A model generated the notes under the pieces. It did no database searches. It was not told where the DNA came from and saw only the letters and a list, made by a program, of their open reading frames with translations. From NCBI RefSeq assembly GCF_009834535.1, contig NC_045697.1, positions 55,678,001 through 55,742,000 on the forward strand: 64,000 nt of DNA. Direction: 5' to 3'. This DNA is from Camelus ferus (taxonomy: Eukaryota). A program made the position numbers and the translations under genes. Below, one piece after another: positions 39,760 through 52,400 of the stretch (its first letter is position 1; each line of letters begins with the position of its first letter).

Positions 39760-41560
39760 TTCTGATTTAATTAATCAGCTACCACTATATTACTTTCACT
39801 TATGGAGGAAAATAACAATCTATAAACCTGAGATAAAATCTCTTTAAAAGCAGAGCATAGATTTGAAGGTCTTAGGAGGCAAAGAATCAAGAAGGTAGGG
39901 CCCCTACCCACAAGGCAAAAGAACTGCACTGAATACATCAGACTCTCTATTGGAAATAAAGAATGGGCAACGCTAACACAAATTAGACCAAGTTCTACCA
40001 GATCCAGCTTCTATGAGCACAAACTTAGTAAATTAAAACAATCAGCCAATTGTCCTACTCCCTGGAAGAAGATGCCATTAACAAGAATATCTATATTTTT
40101 AATACCCAGTATCTCTGACATTCAATAAAACAATTATTAGATATAACAAAAGATGGAGCTGTGTAACTATAAAACAAGATTAAAAATGTACAATAGAAAC
40201 AGACAAGAATATGGCACAGATATTTGTATACACAAGTAGCGAATGAGATGGAAAAATAACATAAAAGATGAATTACATCAGATTTTTAAGATTCATTAAA
40301 AATGACATTTTAAAACTTTGAAATATTTATTTAAAATTAATAATTATTAAATGGGTTTAATAAACGATTAGCTACAACTGAGTTCAGGATTTGTAAACGG
40401 AAAAATAGGCCAGCAAAGTATAGAATACATACTAAAACACAAGGAAAAAAATGGAAACTATCTAAAACAACATTAAATATTGATGTAATACTGTAACAAA
40501 GTCTAACATAACTGCAATTTTGGTGCCAGGTGGACAAAGGAATAGGGATAAAAATGATATGGAATGAAAAAAAATTGTTGAAAAGTTTCCATAACTGACT
40601 GAAGGCCTCAAGAATCTCGGCAAACTACAAACAAAAATAAATACTAAGAATACTTACACCTAGAGACACACAACAATAAGACTGCTGAAAATCAAGCAAA
40701 TTGAATATTTTAAAAGGAGCTAGAGAAAAGTGTATTATCTTCAAGGGAATGATATTAAGACAGCAAATATTCTCTTGACAGAAATTATGGAAACCTGAAT
40801 ATAATGGGATGCTATTCTTTAAGTGCTGAAAAGAAGTAAGTACTTACCTAGAATTCTATACTCAAAAAAATATTTTTCAAAGTAAAGGTAAGATAAAATG
40901 GCTCAGACAAAACCTGATAGCATTTTCTTACCAGACAACCTGGACTATGAACTTGAAAGTGATTTGTTCACCCTGAAGAAAATGACCCCACATGGAAAGT
41001 CACATGTTCAAGGGGAGCACAATGAAAAAACAAAAAACACAGTAAATATAAATGAATATGATAAAGTAAATTCAGGTACAAAATAACAGTGGTGTTTTTA
41101 TGGCTTTAAAACTTTTTAGAATAGTAGCATAAAATATAGAGGTGTAAATGGAAGTAAATATTCTGAGTTTCTAGCAGTACCAGTGAAAATAACAATTTGT
41201 GTTGAATGTGTAACAGGTAAAAGTTAAATGTTTTAATCTCTAGAATAAAAGTAAAATTATATATATACATACACACATGTATATAGTAAGTTAGTAGAAG
41301 GGAATACAATTTTATGAGTTATAAATTATTTTTAAAATCTAAAGGTAGACAAAATGAGAAAAATTAAGTAGGTCCACAGAAAACAGATAATAATATGAGG
41401 AATGTAAATTGAACCACATACCTGTACACTTCTCATTAAAAGTAGTAAATACTAAAAACATAAAAAGAAGAGTAATGGATGTTGAGAAAAGAAAATAGAA
41501 ACAGTAGAGTATAATTACATTTTTAAAACACAGAATTGGTATTAACATTATGTAAGTCAC
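39760..41560 (+). mobile_element. Old L1M 5'/ORF1 region to the start of ORF2
   Basis: aaatgggtttaataaacgattagctacaactga, agtctaacata, acacctagagacac, cctagaattctatactc. Confidence 0.7.
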
Positions 41561-41967
41561 AAGAATGCTGTATTTCTCTTTTCATGGGGTGAATAAATCT
41601 GTGCAGACGAGCTTTCATAAATCTGCAAAAATTATGAAGGGTTTACAAAACAAAAGATTGTCCTAAATTACTAGCTAGATCATTTAGATACAGTTATATT
41701 ATTTATATTTATATTTATTTGTTTCCAAATTAAATAGCAGAGATAAATAACTCAGAAATTATAAACTTGGCCCAGTTCAAATTCCTTTCTAAAACTACTA
41801 TGGAAAATTTATATACCTCCCACATTCTTTATCATTAAATGCTAATATAATGAAACTTTGTTTTCTAAAGTTGTTGCAGGACCTTGACTCTGAATCATTT
41901 AAAAACTAAAATGATTCTCTTGAAAATGTGTCTGAATATTACGCAAAACACTAAGATTACACTAGAT

Positions 41968-42079
41968 CTGGGTTTCTCAGTCAGGACACTCAGTTATCGT
42001 GGAGACCTCTCCTACACATTCTATAATGTTAGCAGGATCCCTGGCACCCACCAGGGATTGCCCCAGTTGAGAATAACTG
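41968..42079 (-). mobile_element. Internally deleted MER20 hAT element with 8-bp TSD
   Basis: Termini ctgggtttctca and gttgagaataactg; core atgttagcaggatccctggc; TSD cactagat (41960-41967) and caccagat (42080-42087), one mismatch. Confidence 0.8.
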
Positions 42080-43189
42080 CACCAGATGATCTATAATTAT
42101 TTTTTACAATTCTGAGGATGACTATGACTTTCATTTTCAGAGCTGACTGACTTAATTCATTATATGCTAATTCTCCAGAAGCACCGGACATTTTCATTAA
42201 AAGAATATACATCATAAAATATCCCTGAAAAATTTACTTAAAAATATTACTTGTTTTGAAAATGTGTTATTATATTGTAGGAAGAATATAAAAAGCATTA
42301 AATTCTTAACCTATATGTAGAAGACAGTCTACAGAAAAGAAAGGGACTCTTGAAAGATATTTTTGCAGAAATTCTTGGGACTTTCCTGTTTCTATTTTTG
42401 TGCAAAGATCAATTATGACAGGCTAGTGCAAAATCTGACCTTTATTTTGGAGAAATCTGTCACAGGCTGTCATTTATTACATGAGAAATTATAAACACTC
42501 TGTACTAAACAAGAACATTATCAGCATTTACAGTGACTGCACATCTGCCTAGTGAGATTCTAGTCATACGTAATATCACCCTGTTGCCTGAGTTGGAAAC
42601 ACTCTTAGTCTTTCCCCTAAAGCAAGAACAAAGGATTTGGCTTATAAAAATAGGTTGCTTGAATCATACCACCTTTATGTTCTTCCACTGATAATTTTAT
42701 TTCAAATGACATCTAGTTCAATAGAATGCATATCTTTTATACATGCATTCTTCATATGTTCATTTCAAAATGATAGGCTGACTATCAGAGGGCATGTGTT
42801 GTGATAGTTTGATATAAACTTTGAAATAAAATGCATATGTCTGACATAATGCAAGACCAGGCAAGTAAATATATCGTCATATCTGATAAAACATTTAAAA
42901 GAAATGTAAACAAACTATTTATTCCAGGACTAATTCTATCTACTGTTTTAATTTGTTTTCACAAAATTATTTATAATGAGGATTATAAATGTAAAGAGCA
43001 CTTAATAGTGGGTGAAATAGATCAGTCTCTTCAAACTGGTTGTCTGTACACCTGAGAGTACATGAAGGTTTTTCTAATACTTAAGAAAAGATTGATTTTA
43101 AAGGATATACATATCCTCAATGAAGACTAGCCTGTGATCAAAATGTGCACTTTCATAATGCCATTCTGCCATTTATCCATCTCATTTAT

Positions 43190-43497
43190 CAGCGAAGGAA
43201 GCCGGATTAGGCTGAGAAACAATTCGAACTGCAATGCAGTTGCAACAGAGGGCTTAGCTGATGGCACTTCAGAGATACCCCAAATAGGAGCAAGGAAATT
43301 GGGTCCTTGTAAATCTGATGGACCAATTTTGGGGGAGTCAGCTGCCCCTGAGAGTGGCTGAAACTGTAGGGAAGCTGTTACCTTTGACTATGGGAAATTT
43401 CTTGAGTTTCCACTGCAACCATCATTCCTGGAAGACAGAGTATTGAGTGCTTTGGTCTTGAAGGTGGATCCAGCACAAATTTATAACATCTGATACA
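43190..43497 (-). mobile_element. LTR16-family LTR (3' LTR, partial)
   Basis: gaactgcaatgcagttgcaacagagggcttagctga...gagtgctttggtcttgaaggtggatcc...catctgataca. Confidence 0.8.
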
Positions 43498-44597
43498 GTC
43501 TATCTTTTGAATAGTTGGGATCTATTTGCTTTGCATAATAACTTCACTTGATCTGGGAATATATTCTCCAAGATTCTGGCTGGTTTCTTTTCTGGACAAC
43601 TTATAAGAGGAAGGTTTATGGAACAAAAATATCCCCATCACCACAACTGATCTCATGGCAGCAAATATTTATTCATTATTTTCTTGCTCGACTATATGTT
43701 TTAGATTTCCTTCACCATTGCCCAAAATCTCTGCTATTGAGAAGACCCAGATTTACATACCAGAGATTCCTAAGCCTCCTGAACTTCATGTCTTTTTAAA
43801 TCATTGGTGTTGTATTTGCTTGCTTACTTTCAAAATTGGGCAAGGGAAGTCAAATAGATGTCTCAGGAGATTAATATGGTGGTGAATACCATCTTCTCAG
43901 CCCCCACTATGTCAAAGCAATTCTATCTACTCCAGATGGTCAAGATCAATTATCCTTATCCTTGCCAGCATAGACCCTCTTTTAATTGACTACAGAGCTT
44001 TTGGCACGAAGAGTCCAAAGTGACAAGGTGGCACCATAGACTCCTGTAAGTATTCAACCTCTGAAAACTGCAACATCTAAAACAGCAGAGATTAGAGTTT
44101 CAGGGTCAGGAAGCACAAATAATCCAGGAGAGTCACTGGGAGTGAGGCAAATAAGGGCAATTCATACTCTAGGCATACAATTTCTACTTATTGGGAACAC
44201 AGCACCATATCATACCTCTCCCATAACTTCATCTGTATGCCTCGTTACCACATGTCTATGTCCCAGATTTTTCATCTTTCTTCTCCCAGGCCCTGACCAA
44301 TAAGCAAACCTATTTACTATTCTGCATTAAAGAAAAAAGCCTTATAATTATTATATCCCCTGCCTCTCAAAGTCTAAGAAATACATTCTAGCTGGTGCAG
44401 TCTCTTCACAGTAATTCTATTCAAAGTTATCACTATTGAACATTTTAGCAATTGTGGTCTGACAGCATATTAATGGCTATGATATTCTACTTTCCATCAG
44501 TGATAGGCTCCTTGTTTCTAGCTCACCTGTAGGTAATCCAGCTCCAAAATTTCATTTTAAGTTCTGCTTCCTGAAAACAAGATTTCCACCAACTCCC
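43498..44597 (-). mobile_element. ERV3-16A3-like internal sequence, ~1.1 kb deletion derivative
   Basis: Minus strand next to the 5' LTR reads gttggtgg...aggaagcaga...attttggagctggattacc...atcactgatgg, the ERV3-16A3 leader; 3' pol-like remnants at ~43850-44200. Confidence 0.7.
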
Positions 44598-44810
44598 AAA
44601 GGCTGGGTTCCCTGGGAAACAGGCTCTAAGATGTGGATGCACAAGGTGTATTTAGCAGTGTTCTCAGGAACAACAGCACTAAGATGGGAGTGTGGTAGGA
44701 ATGGGAAGAGGGAAAGTTGAATGCTGATGCAGTTGCTACAGAGGCCTCAGGCAATCTCATGAAGGACCCTTCAAGGATGTTGCTAATTTAGGCATTAACC
44801 ATTTATTACC
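44598..44810 (-). mobile_element. LTR16-family LTR (5' LTR, partial)
   Basis: ggctgggttccctgggaaacaggctctaagatg...gaaagttgaatgctgatgcagttgctacagaggcctcag. Confidence 0.8.
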
Positions 44811-47491
44811 TGCAGGCTCTCTTCTTGCTCTTGAAAGCCAATGGCCACAAGATAGCACATATTAATGTAAGCATTAGTTTCCTAGGACAAACTCCTTTTC
44901 AACAGAACTTAGTCTTGGATTTTTCCCTTCTTGGGTCTAATTTACCCAATCTTAATTTAGTAATTTTGCTTCCCAGCCCTCTTGTAGACTAATAGATATT
45001 CCTTGGCTTGCATTCTACAGTGCTTCTTTATCCTTAAGGAAAAAGAATAGATTCAGCTTACACTACCTGCATTTCTGTTTAAAGCTTTGAGCAGCCCTAA
45101 ATTAAATGTTTTATATTAATTATAAAAGCTGCCACATTTAATAGGTTCAATTCAATTTTAATTGAACATGAAAGGGGGAATCCCATATCAGCTCCAGTGT
45201 GGAAAATTAATATGTGAATTAAAAAAATTCTAAGTCAACTTACTTGACACTTCTTTCAATGAAGACAGAAAAAACAGCCAATACTAAATTTATACATAGT
45301 CACTAATGTTATATCACAGTCTTCAAATAAACTCTTAAAGTCTGGTTCCTGCTGCAATATAATGAATTATAAGTGGTGCTTCATATAATTTCTGTATTTG
45401 ATGGTAACTATACTAGAATAATAAAACTTTTCACTTATTTTGCTAACATAAAATAAAAAGTAAAAACAAAAGCATAAAACATACATGATTTATTAACAAT
45501 TTGTAAAAAGCTCTACTAAGCACAAACCACTGAACTAGCTGTTGCAGTGAATAAACATTAACAAAATAGAGGTCTATTCCTTAGAAAGATCTTCTAATGT
45601 AGGTTGGGGTTTGAGTGTGAACTGCAATGATTGAAACCTGATAGTGTTCAGTGGTTTAGATAGGGCATCTATTATAACTTTAATTCCATCAATGAAGTAA
45701 AGCAGGTCAATAAGGAAAGAAATAAAAGAATGGGAGAACTTGAAAATTAATTCATAAACATCTTTAAAAATTTAAGCAAAAATAATATGTTAAGTTCAGT
45801 ATACAGAGATTAATACAGAAGGCAAAATAATACAATAAGTCAGATATTAGGGGAAAATTCAATAAATGCTAGGTTAATTTGAAGATTCTGTTTTAGAGAA
45901 TTCATAAGACTGGAACATAGAGTTCATAATCCAGTTAGCTTTCATGAAGAAAATAATTGTTGACTTTCACTTTTTTAAGTTTTGAAATAATAGAGATATT
46001 TAAGAGACATACTGTTTGCATTTAATTTTTCATATTTTTCTATACATAAATATTTTCTATTAGGAAGATGCCATCTAATAGCATATTATTATGCCATCTG
46101 TGGCCCTTGGATTAGGTAAATGTTGCTTTGGGGGAAATAACTGGGTATAATTTCAGCAAAGGGATATTTAACTATATAGCATGGTGCCTGTTAGGGAGTC
46201 TACAGCACAGTAGTAATTACTCTAAAATTTCTGGCAGCATTTCTAAAACTGGAAGGAAAACAAGAAATACACTTTTTTATTGGAAAAAAATAACACCTTT
46301 CATTTACACACACATAAGACTAGTTTAGCTCCATTTTTCTGGAATAAAGACATAACTTCACAGTTTTTAGCTTGGGATGGACCCAGGCGAAATATTCAAA
46401 ATGTTTTAGAACCACAGAGGTAATAGCAAGGACCAATCAGAGTTGGTATAAGCCATTAGCAGTGGAGTTAGATCTTGGAGAATCTATGTTGTATCTAGAG
46501 ATAATGTATTATATGCTTGGCAGTGGCAAAGTGCGAGGTGTCTAGGAGATCAAGTATACAATAGTGAAAGCACTAGGCAATGCAGAAATATTTTAACAAT
46601 TAGTGTGGATATTCCATATCTTCCTGGCTGAAAATGAACTCTGCCCTAGCTCTTGGCTCTTGTCAGTTTGATGGGTCAGTTCACTCCCACCTACTTATTA
46701 CCTCTTATCAATTTGTTTTAATGATAGATATCTTACAGAGAATGTGAATCAATATGCATAAAGAACACAGTTATCTCTTTAAAAGAAAATGATCATGACA
46801 CCAATTCCTGACTCCTGAGATTTGAAATTACATTTAATAAACTGAGGAGGCCCTTACTGATGCCACATGGAGGATTTCACTGAACACTAATGTGTCAAAA
46901 GATATAAAGAAGTCTGGATGCAAAATTTATACCAGAATTTAGAGAAGGATTTGTTTTGAAAATTGTTTGAATATGGAAGTCTCTAATGCCATGCATTTGG
47001 GTGGTATTGAGAAAATGGGTATATGTTTAAGAATTTAAAAAGCTAAAGACTAGAACTTTAGCTTTGGAAACTCAGATAGTTTTTGTTTTAGTATGCCATG
47101 GGTTGATGATAACACTTACAGAATATTTTATATTCCTGTACCACAACACACATTACTACTGCAGTTACTACTGCTATGACGAACAAGTCATTGTAAACCA
47201 TGATGCCTCCTGTGGTCAGTAAGCACTGTCTTCAGATTCCTGGAAAGCCTGTTTTAGAAGATGGTATAATTTAACCATGCCAGTGGACATTTCAGTGGCA
47301 AATGTGGCCATCAAGTTTCTAAGTTTTCATGTAAGTGTAACAAAGACTAACCCTTTGGATTGAATGAGTGACACTAAGGCATTAAATGAAAAATATCAAA
47401 GAAATTATGTAACCTTATGTCATACTCTTCACTCATGAAATGGGATATATCACATCAAGTTAGAAAATCAGGAGAGGAATTTTGTTTTAAT

Positions 47492-47965
47492 TGCAGGCAG
47501 AATCTGTTTTTGGCTTGATATCCATTCTCCCTTATTCTTTGCTTTAATAGAAACTTGATTAATGTTTCTAGTCCCCAAATAGTAGATTATAATTGAACTA
47601 AGTCAATCATGACAACACTTTTCCTATTTTTTCCAACACCTTTGAAGCTAGAAGTTCTGGCCTAAACTTTGTCAGATTTAAGCAGAAATCTATTGAGAAA
47701 AAAGGTTCTCTGAAAACTTTTGCCCTGCTGATTATATACTTAGGACATGATATTTTTCTACTTTATCCTGCCTTTAATATAAATGTGACTTCTAGAACAA
47801 TAATGAATATTCCATAACCATGAGGTTACAGTTTATAAAGACAGGCTTAAGAATTGCAGAGATACTGACTCTGACATCAATAGACATCTAAATCCATGCC
47901 AGTAATAGTTTCTTTCAGACCTCTTGAGTTTCTGCTAGCTGTAACCCTGTACAACACTAGCTATA
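47492..47965 (+). mobile_element. MLT1J/K-like MaLR LTR
   Basis: attgaactaagtcaatcatg, taagcagaaatct, ttatcctgcctttaatataaatgtga, accatgagg, ttcagacctcttg. Confidence 0.6.
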
Positions 47966-49350
47966 AAATATGGTACCTGAAAACACCTAGAAAATTTAAA
48001 AGAAAACAAAGAAAAAATGTACTTTTTAAATTAAATTATTATTTAAATTAAATAATGCTTAAATGCAAGCCTATTATTTGAATATCACATCTCTTCCTAG
48101 AATTCCTAAAAGTCTTTAATTGATAAGGAAATAAAACAGAGAGAAAAAATTCAGTTTATCAGTAAATGAACCAGAGCCAATTTCTACTTTCACCTTTTTT
48201 GACAATAAATTTAGATTTCATTATGTATTCACTGTAACCTAAATTGCCTATCCATATTTAGCACCAATTTTTCTCTAGGTCATACGTGGGTCTAATTTTT
48301 CTCTTCATTTGAGTTACTTTGCTATGCAAAATTTTTAAAAATTGTGCATTGTATAATATAATGTATCAGATTAGTCATCAGCATATGGAAAAGCCAAGTT
48401 TTTTTTTTAACTATACAGTGTTATGTTATACAAAGTGTCTTATTAATATACACATATATAGGGGTATCTTTATATTTTAGATAATATCTGATTATCATTA
48501 TAACAGTTAATTGATTACTTAAACTTTCATAAAGTGTTATAATAAGCTCATACATGCTATAGTAATACAATCATCGCAAATATAACAATATTAATGAAGC
48601 ATATACATAAAAATAATTTTTAGCTAATAATCAATATTTTTATTCCTAATTTTTTTCTGTTGCCCTCACCTTTATTAATAATCCATTGATGTCCATTGTT
48701 TTATGAAGCTTGTTAGCCACAACTTAGAACAAAGGCACTTGAACATATAAGTACATTTTTCAAATGCCTCGCAGAGACATAGACTAAAAAAGGCTACCAT
48801 TTTAATTTTAAGAGTTAGGTGCTTGAGAAGAGAAAACAGTGTTTTAACATAGAAAAATCTTGGTTTGCAAGAACAACAGCATATACATCCTAGGAATTTT
48901 AGAGCGCCAGTTAATATATAGATTGAAGATGTGTTCATAATTACATAAAGCTTATTTTTATAACCTCCACATGGAGAGGAAACACATTTCTGTATTGGGG
49001 GTTAGGATTTAAACAAAAGAAGAGGAAGAAAGAAAATCTATTTACTTTGTAGAGACTTCAAGTCCCTATAACTCAGGTCATCTCCAAAGTGAATCACAAA
49101 CAACAGAAGCGACAGGTAACTTAAAGTGATCCCAAAGTACATGGCAAAGTTAACTAATTTTCAAGGTGGTAAAAAAGGGAAATAGCAAATCATATAGCAG
49201 AGTTTCATGTCCTTTATACCACAGGGATAGAGAATGAGTGAGAGGATTATATACATACAGAATAGAGAAAAGTTTTACAGAGACCCACTGTCTGAGAAAC
49301 GTGGAGGAATTTCAAAACTTTAAGGAAAAATCACTGGAATGCCACATACA

Positions 49351-49676
49351 TGTTAAATTAATTAGACAAGGAGGCAATCAGGCTGAGGTGGCTCTAATGC
49401 ATGTGGTGGCTTATATAAGCAAACCAAAATCTAATTCTGTAAATGCCTCAAGGTTATGAGGACAACCAATCACAAATAGCCAACTGGGCTTTGAGCTTTA
49501 GCCAATCAAATAATGCCCTTTCTTTGCTTCTGAACCGTCTCTGTATAAATCTTTCCCCTAGCTCCTGTTTGAGGAGTTATCTTAAACACTTCTGGTTTGC
49601 CATTGACCAACTGAAACTGGTTTTTATTCAAATAAACTCTTAAAATTTTAAGTATGCCTCAGTTTATCTTTTAACA
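49351..49676 (+). mobile_element. ERV1-type solo LTR (MER34-like)
   Basis: Perfect inverted termini tgttaaa...tttaaca, CCAAT boxes, tataaa, AATAAA near 49631, and end aaataaactcttaaaattttaagtatgcctcagtttatcttttaaca; no clean TSD. Confidence 0.8.
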
Positions 49677-50155
49677 CACCAAAAGAAGAATTCAAGCCCT
49701 GATAAGGGGTACCACATAGTGGAAATCTGCTTATCAACTGAGGATGCAAGCAGAGTCAGAGTCAAACACACACTAGATAGAAGGGCATCACTCCACGGTG
49801 CAGGCCACCAGTCCAATGCAGTGCTAAGTGTTATAGAAATATCGCTCCAGATCAGGTTGATAAGTAAAAACTCTGTGGGCTTAGATGTCCACCATGGAAG
49901 AAGGGAAGGTATAAGATAAGTTTGTGAACTCGGACTTCAATGTTAACCAAGGGACACTGTAACTTAAACCAGAAGTGACTAAGGACCTTGAATTGGCAAG
50001 AATAGCTTTATGATTTCACAAGGAACTGAAAGCTTAAATGTCGAGTTCAGTTACAGAAATGAAAGGAATCAAGTCTGCACATTCTAGTGTTACAATTATG
50101 TGTCATTTAAACCTAATGCAAAGCTACTGAGTTTTCAGTTCAGGTTGAATTTGAA

Positions 50156-50200
50156 TGCGTGTGTGTGTGTGTGTGTGCGTGCGTGTGCGTGTGTGTGCGC
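50156..50200. repeat. (GT)n/(GC) alternating purine-pyrimidine microsatellite
   Basis: atgcgtgtgtgtgtgtgtgtgtgcgtgcgtgtgcgtgtgtgtgcgc. Confidence 0.95.
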
Positions 50201-50639
50201 TTGCCAGTGCTTGAGTGCTTTACTTTATATTTTGTTTTGCTTTGTTTTTGAGACAGAAGAGGGTATTTTAATGAAATAACACTAAGTTTAGTCAGATGAA
50301 CAGGTTTCTAATTATGGTTTTGGTACCTTCTAAGCACAATTATCTAAGGGGTGAGGAGTATAACAGTGTACCTTTCCTGCACTTCAATTATTTTACAAGC
50401 AAAGTGATGCAGCATCCTCTCTAGTTTTGAATATAAACACAAAAGAAATGTCAAATGGTGAATTTTTAGGATTAATTTTGCAAATGTTAAAATATTAAAT
50501 TATCAAACATAGTACAACTTTAAATTTATACAATGTAGTAGATATTGAAAAATGATGATTCCATTCTTATTATTTCCCTTTCATCCTGTATTTTAGCCAT
50601 TTCTGCCTATTTTGAGTTTCATGAAACATATGTCTCTAT

Positions 50640-51000
50640 CTCAATATATGCTTTCTCCTCTGACAGGGATGCTTTGGCAATTGCTTAACTGTCCCATTCC
50701 TGACTATCAATTTGACACATTCTCCATGATTTAAAGAAGACATCACCTCCTTAAGGATGTTTCACCATCTTCAACAAGGCTATGCAAAAATCTCTTATTG
50801 CTCATTCAGAAACATATATGGTTCCTTTGTCATTAAATTTAGCTCAGTTTGAGAATGGCTTTAATTACAGGTATCTGCCATTCAGTAGTAAGTACGGGGA
50901 GGGCAGGGCCATTGTGTGCTTTATGTTGCTTCCCCTCCGGCATCTAGCATGGTATACATTATGCACACAGTTAATATTAACTAAATGAATATTGAATAAC
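50640..51000 (+). mobile_element. L2 3' end
   Basis: catcacctccttaagga, gagggcagggccattgtgtg, gcatctagcatggta, and aatgaatattgaataa tail. Confidence 0.65.
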
Positions 51001-52019
51001 CAATTAGCACGTGAAAGTAAGTGCTTGTCAAAAGATTTAACTTCAGTTTTTGTTGGCTGTTCTATGGTTACTTTCAGCAACAGGAGCTTAATTATGTTGA
51101 ATAGTCAAAACAGTTGTCATGAGACACTGATGAAGTAAATTACCTTAACTATCTTTCCAATTTGAATTTGATCAGTATGAACCTCAGGTGTGTGTCCACA
51201 TACATTTTTCTTCAGTATCTGGTAAAAAGTAGTCTTTTATAGTTATTTGTGGGTTTCAATTTGCCATGAATTTAGGCCCAAATCATGCAGAATACAGTAG
51301 GAAAAGTATAGAATCCTTTCATAAGTATAAATGTAATGTTATAACTGCAGACCACAGGAAAATTCTCTAATACAACATATACTGGGGATAACCTGAATGA
51401 CAGTTTTTTAATGGAAACCCTTTTATCACCATTTAGATACAGTCATTCATCTGAAATAAACTTGGTGAAAATCTACTTGTTTAATTAAGCTTTGTAAATT
51501 CTTTGTTCATGTGTATTAATAGATTTTCACATGCATATACAGTGACTGTGAATTTTATCTTAGATGTCAGTAGGTTATTACTGAACCTAATTCATAGATG
51601 CAGTGGATTTCAGAATGGTTAGTAAGAGTGATTTGAAGCTCATTCAAATCTTCACCTGACAAATCTATACATCAAATGTGATTTTTTAAAAAAGGCTATA
51701 CTGTTTTTCATCAATTCTTGTTAGATTAGTTGGAAAGCTGAGAAAAACAGGGTACTTAATCAAAATGGAAAACTGGAATAAATGTCAGAACATAGTACAA
51801 AATTTTTTAGAAATTTAAACTGTCCTTTCAAAAGGTGTTGCACTTTCACCCCCTTCTGCTAATAAGGAGTTTAACTTGATAAAATTATCAGGATTTTACA
51901 TGGTACAAGCTCTTTAAATGATAAGTGCTTAATCATTTAACTTGTAAATTTTTATGAAAACCTACAGTTAAATTGCTTTCAAAAATATGCCTAAAATAAG
52001 CAGTTCTGAAAGAGCTGAT

Positions 52020-52400
52020 TATATGAGTAAAATATGCACATTATAAAATACAGAAAAATGTGTAAAAGAAATTAAGTCCATCCAAAGAACCACAACTCTC
52101 AGTGACCACAGTTAATGACTTTTGGCAAATTTCCCTCTTTGTACAGTATTTTACATCACTGAGAGTATTCTTCATACATAATTTGATAGTCTAACTTTTC
52201 AGTTTACCTGAGAATGCAGCCATTTCCAATATTATTAAATTTATACGAATTTTAAATACCTCTATGGTTCTATTTATGATTAATCTACACATCATACTAC
52301 TTAAACAATTTTCTATTGTTATGCATTTCCATGAGCTTCTATTTTGTTTTTCTATTTTGTTAGGCTAATCTAAAAAATGCTCCAACGAACATCTTTGTGT
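52020..52400 (-). mobile_element. L1ME3/4-like 3' end
   Basis: aaaatacagaaaaatgtgtaaaagaaa...accacagttaatgacttttggc...tgctccaacgaacatctttgtg. Confidence 0.6.

Noticed and set aside
43023..43190. Possible hAT-Charlie terminus (cagtctcttcaaactgg…)
   Set aside because: Similarity too short and degraded to assign without an alignment
51630..51650. Hairpin gatttgaa-gctca-ttcaaatc
   Set aside because: An 8-bp stem is expected by chance in 64 kb of AT-rich DNA
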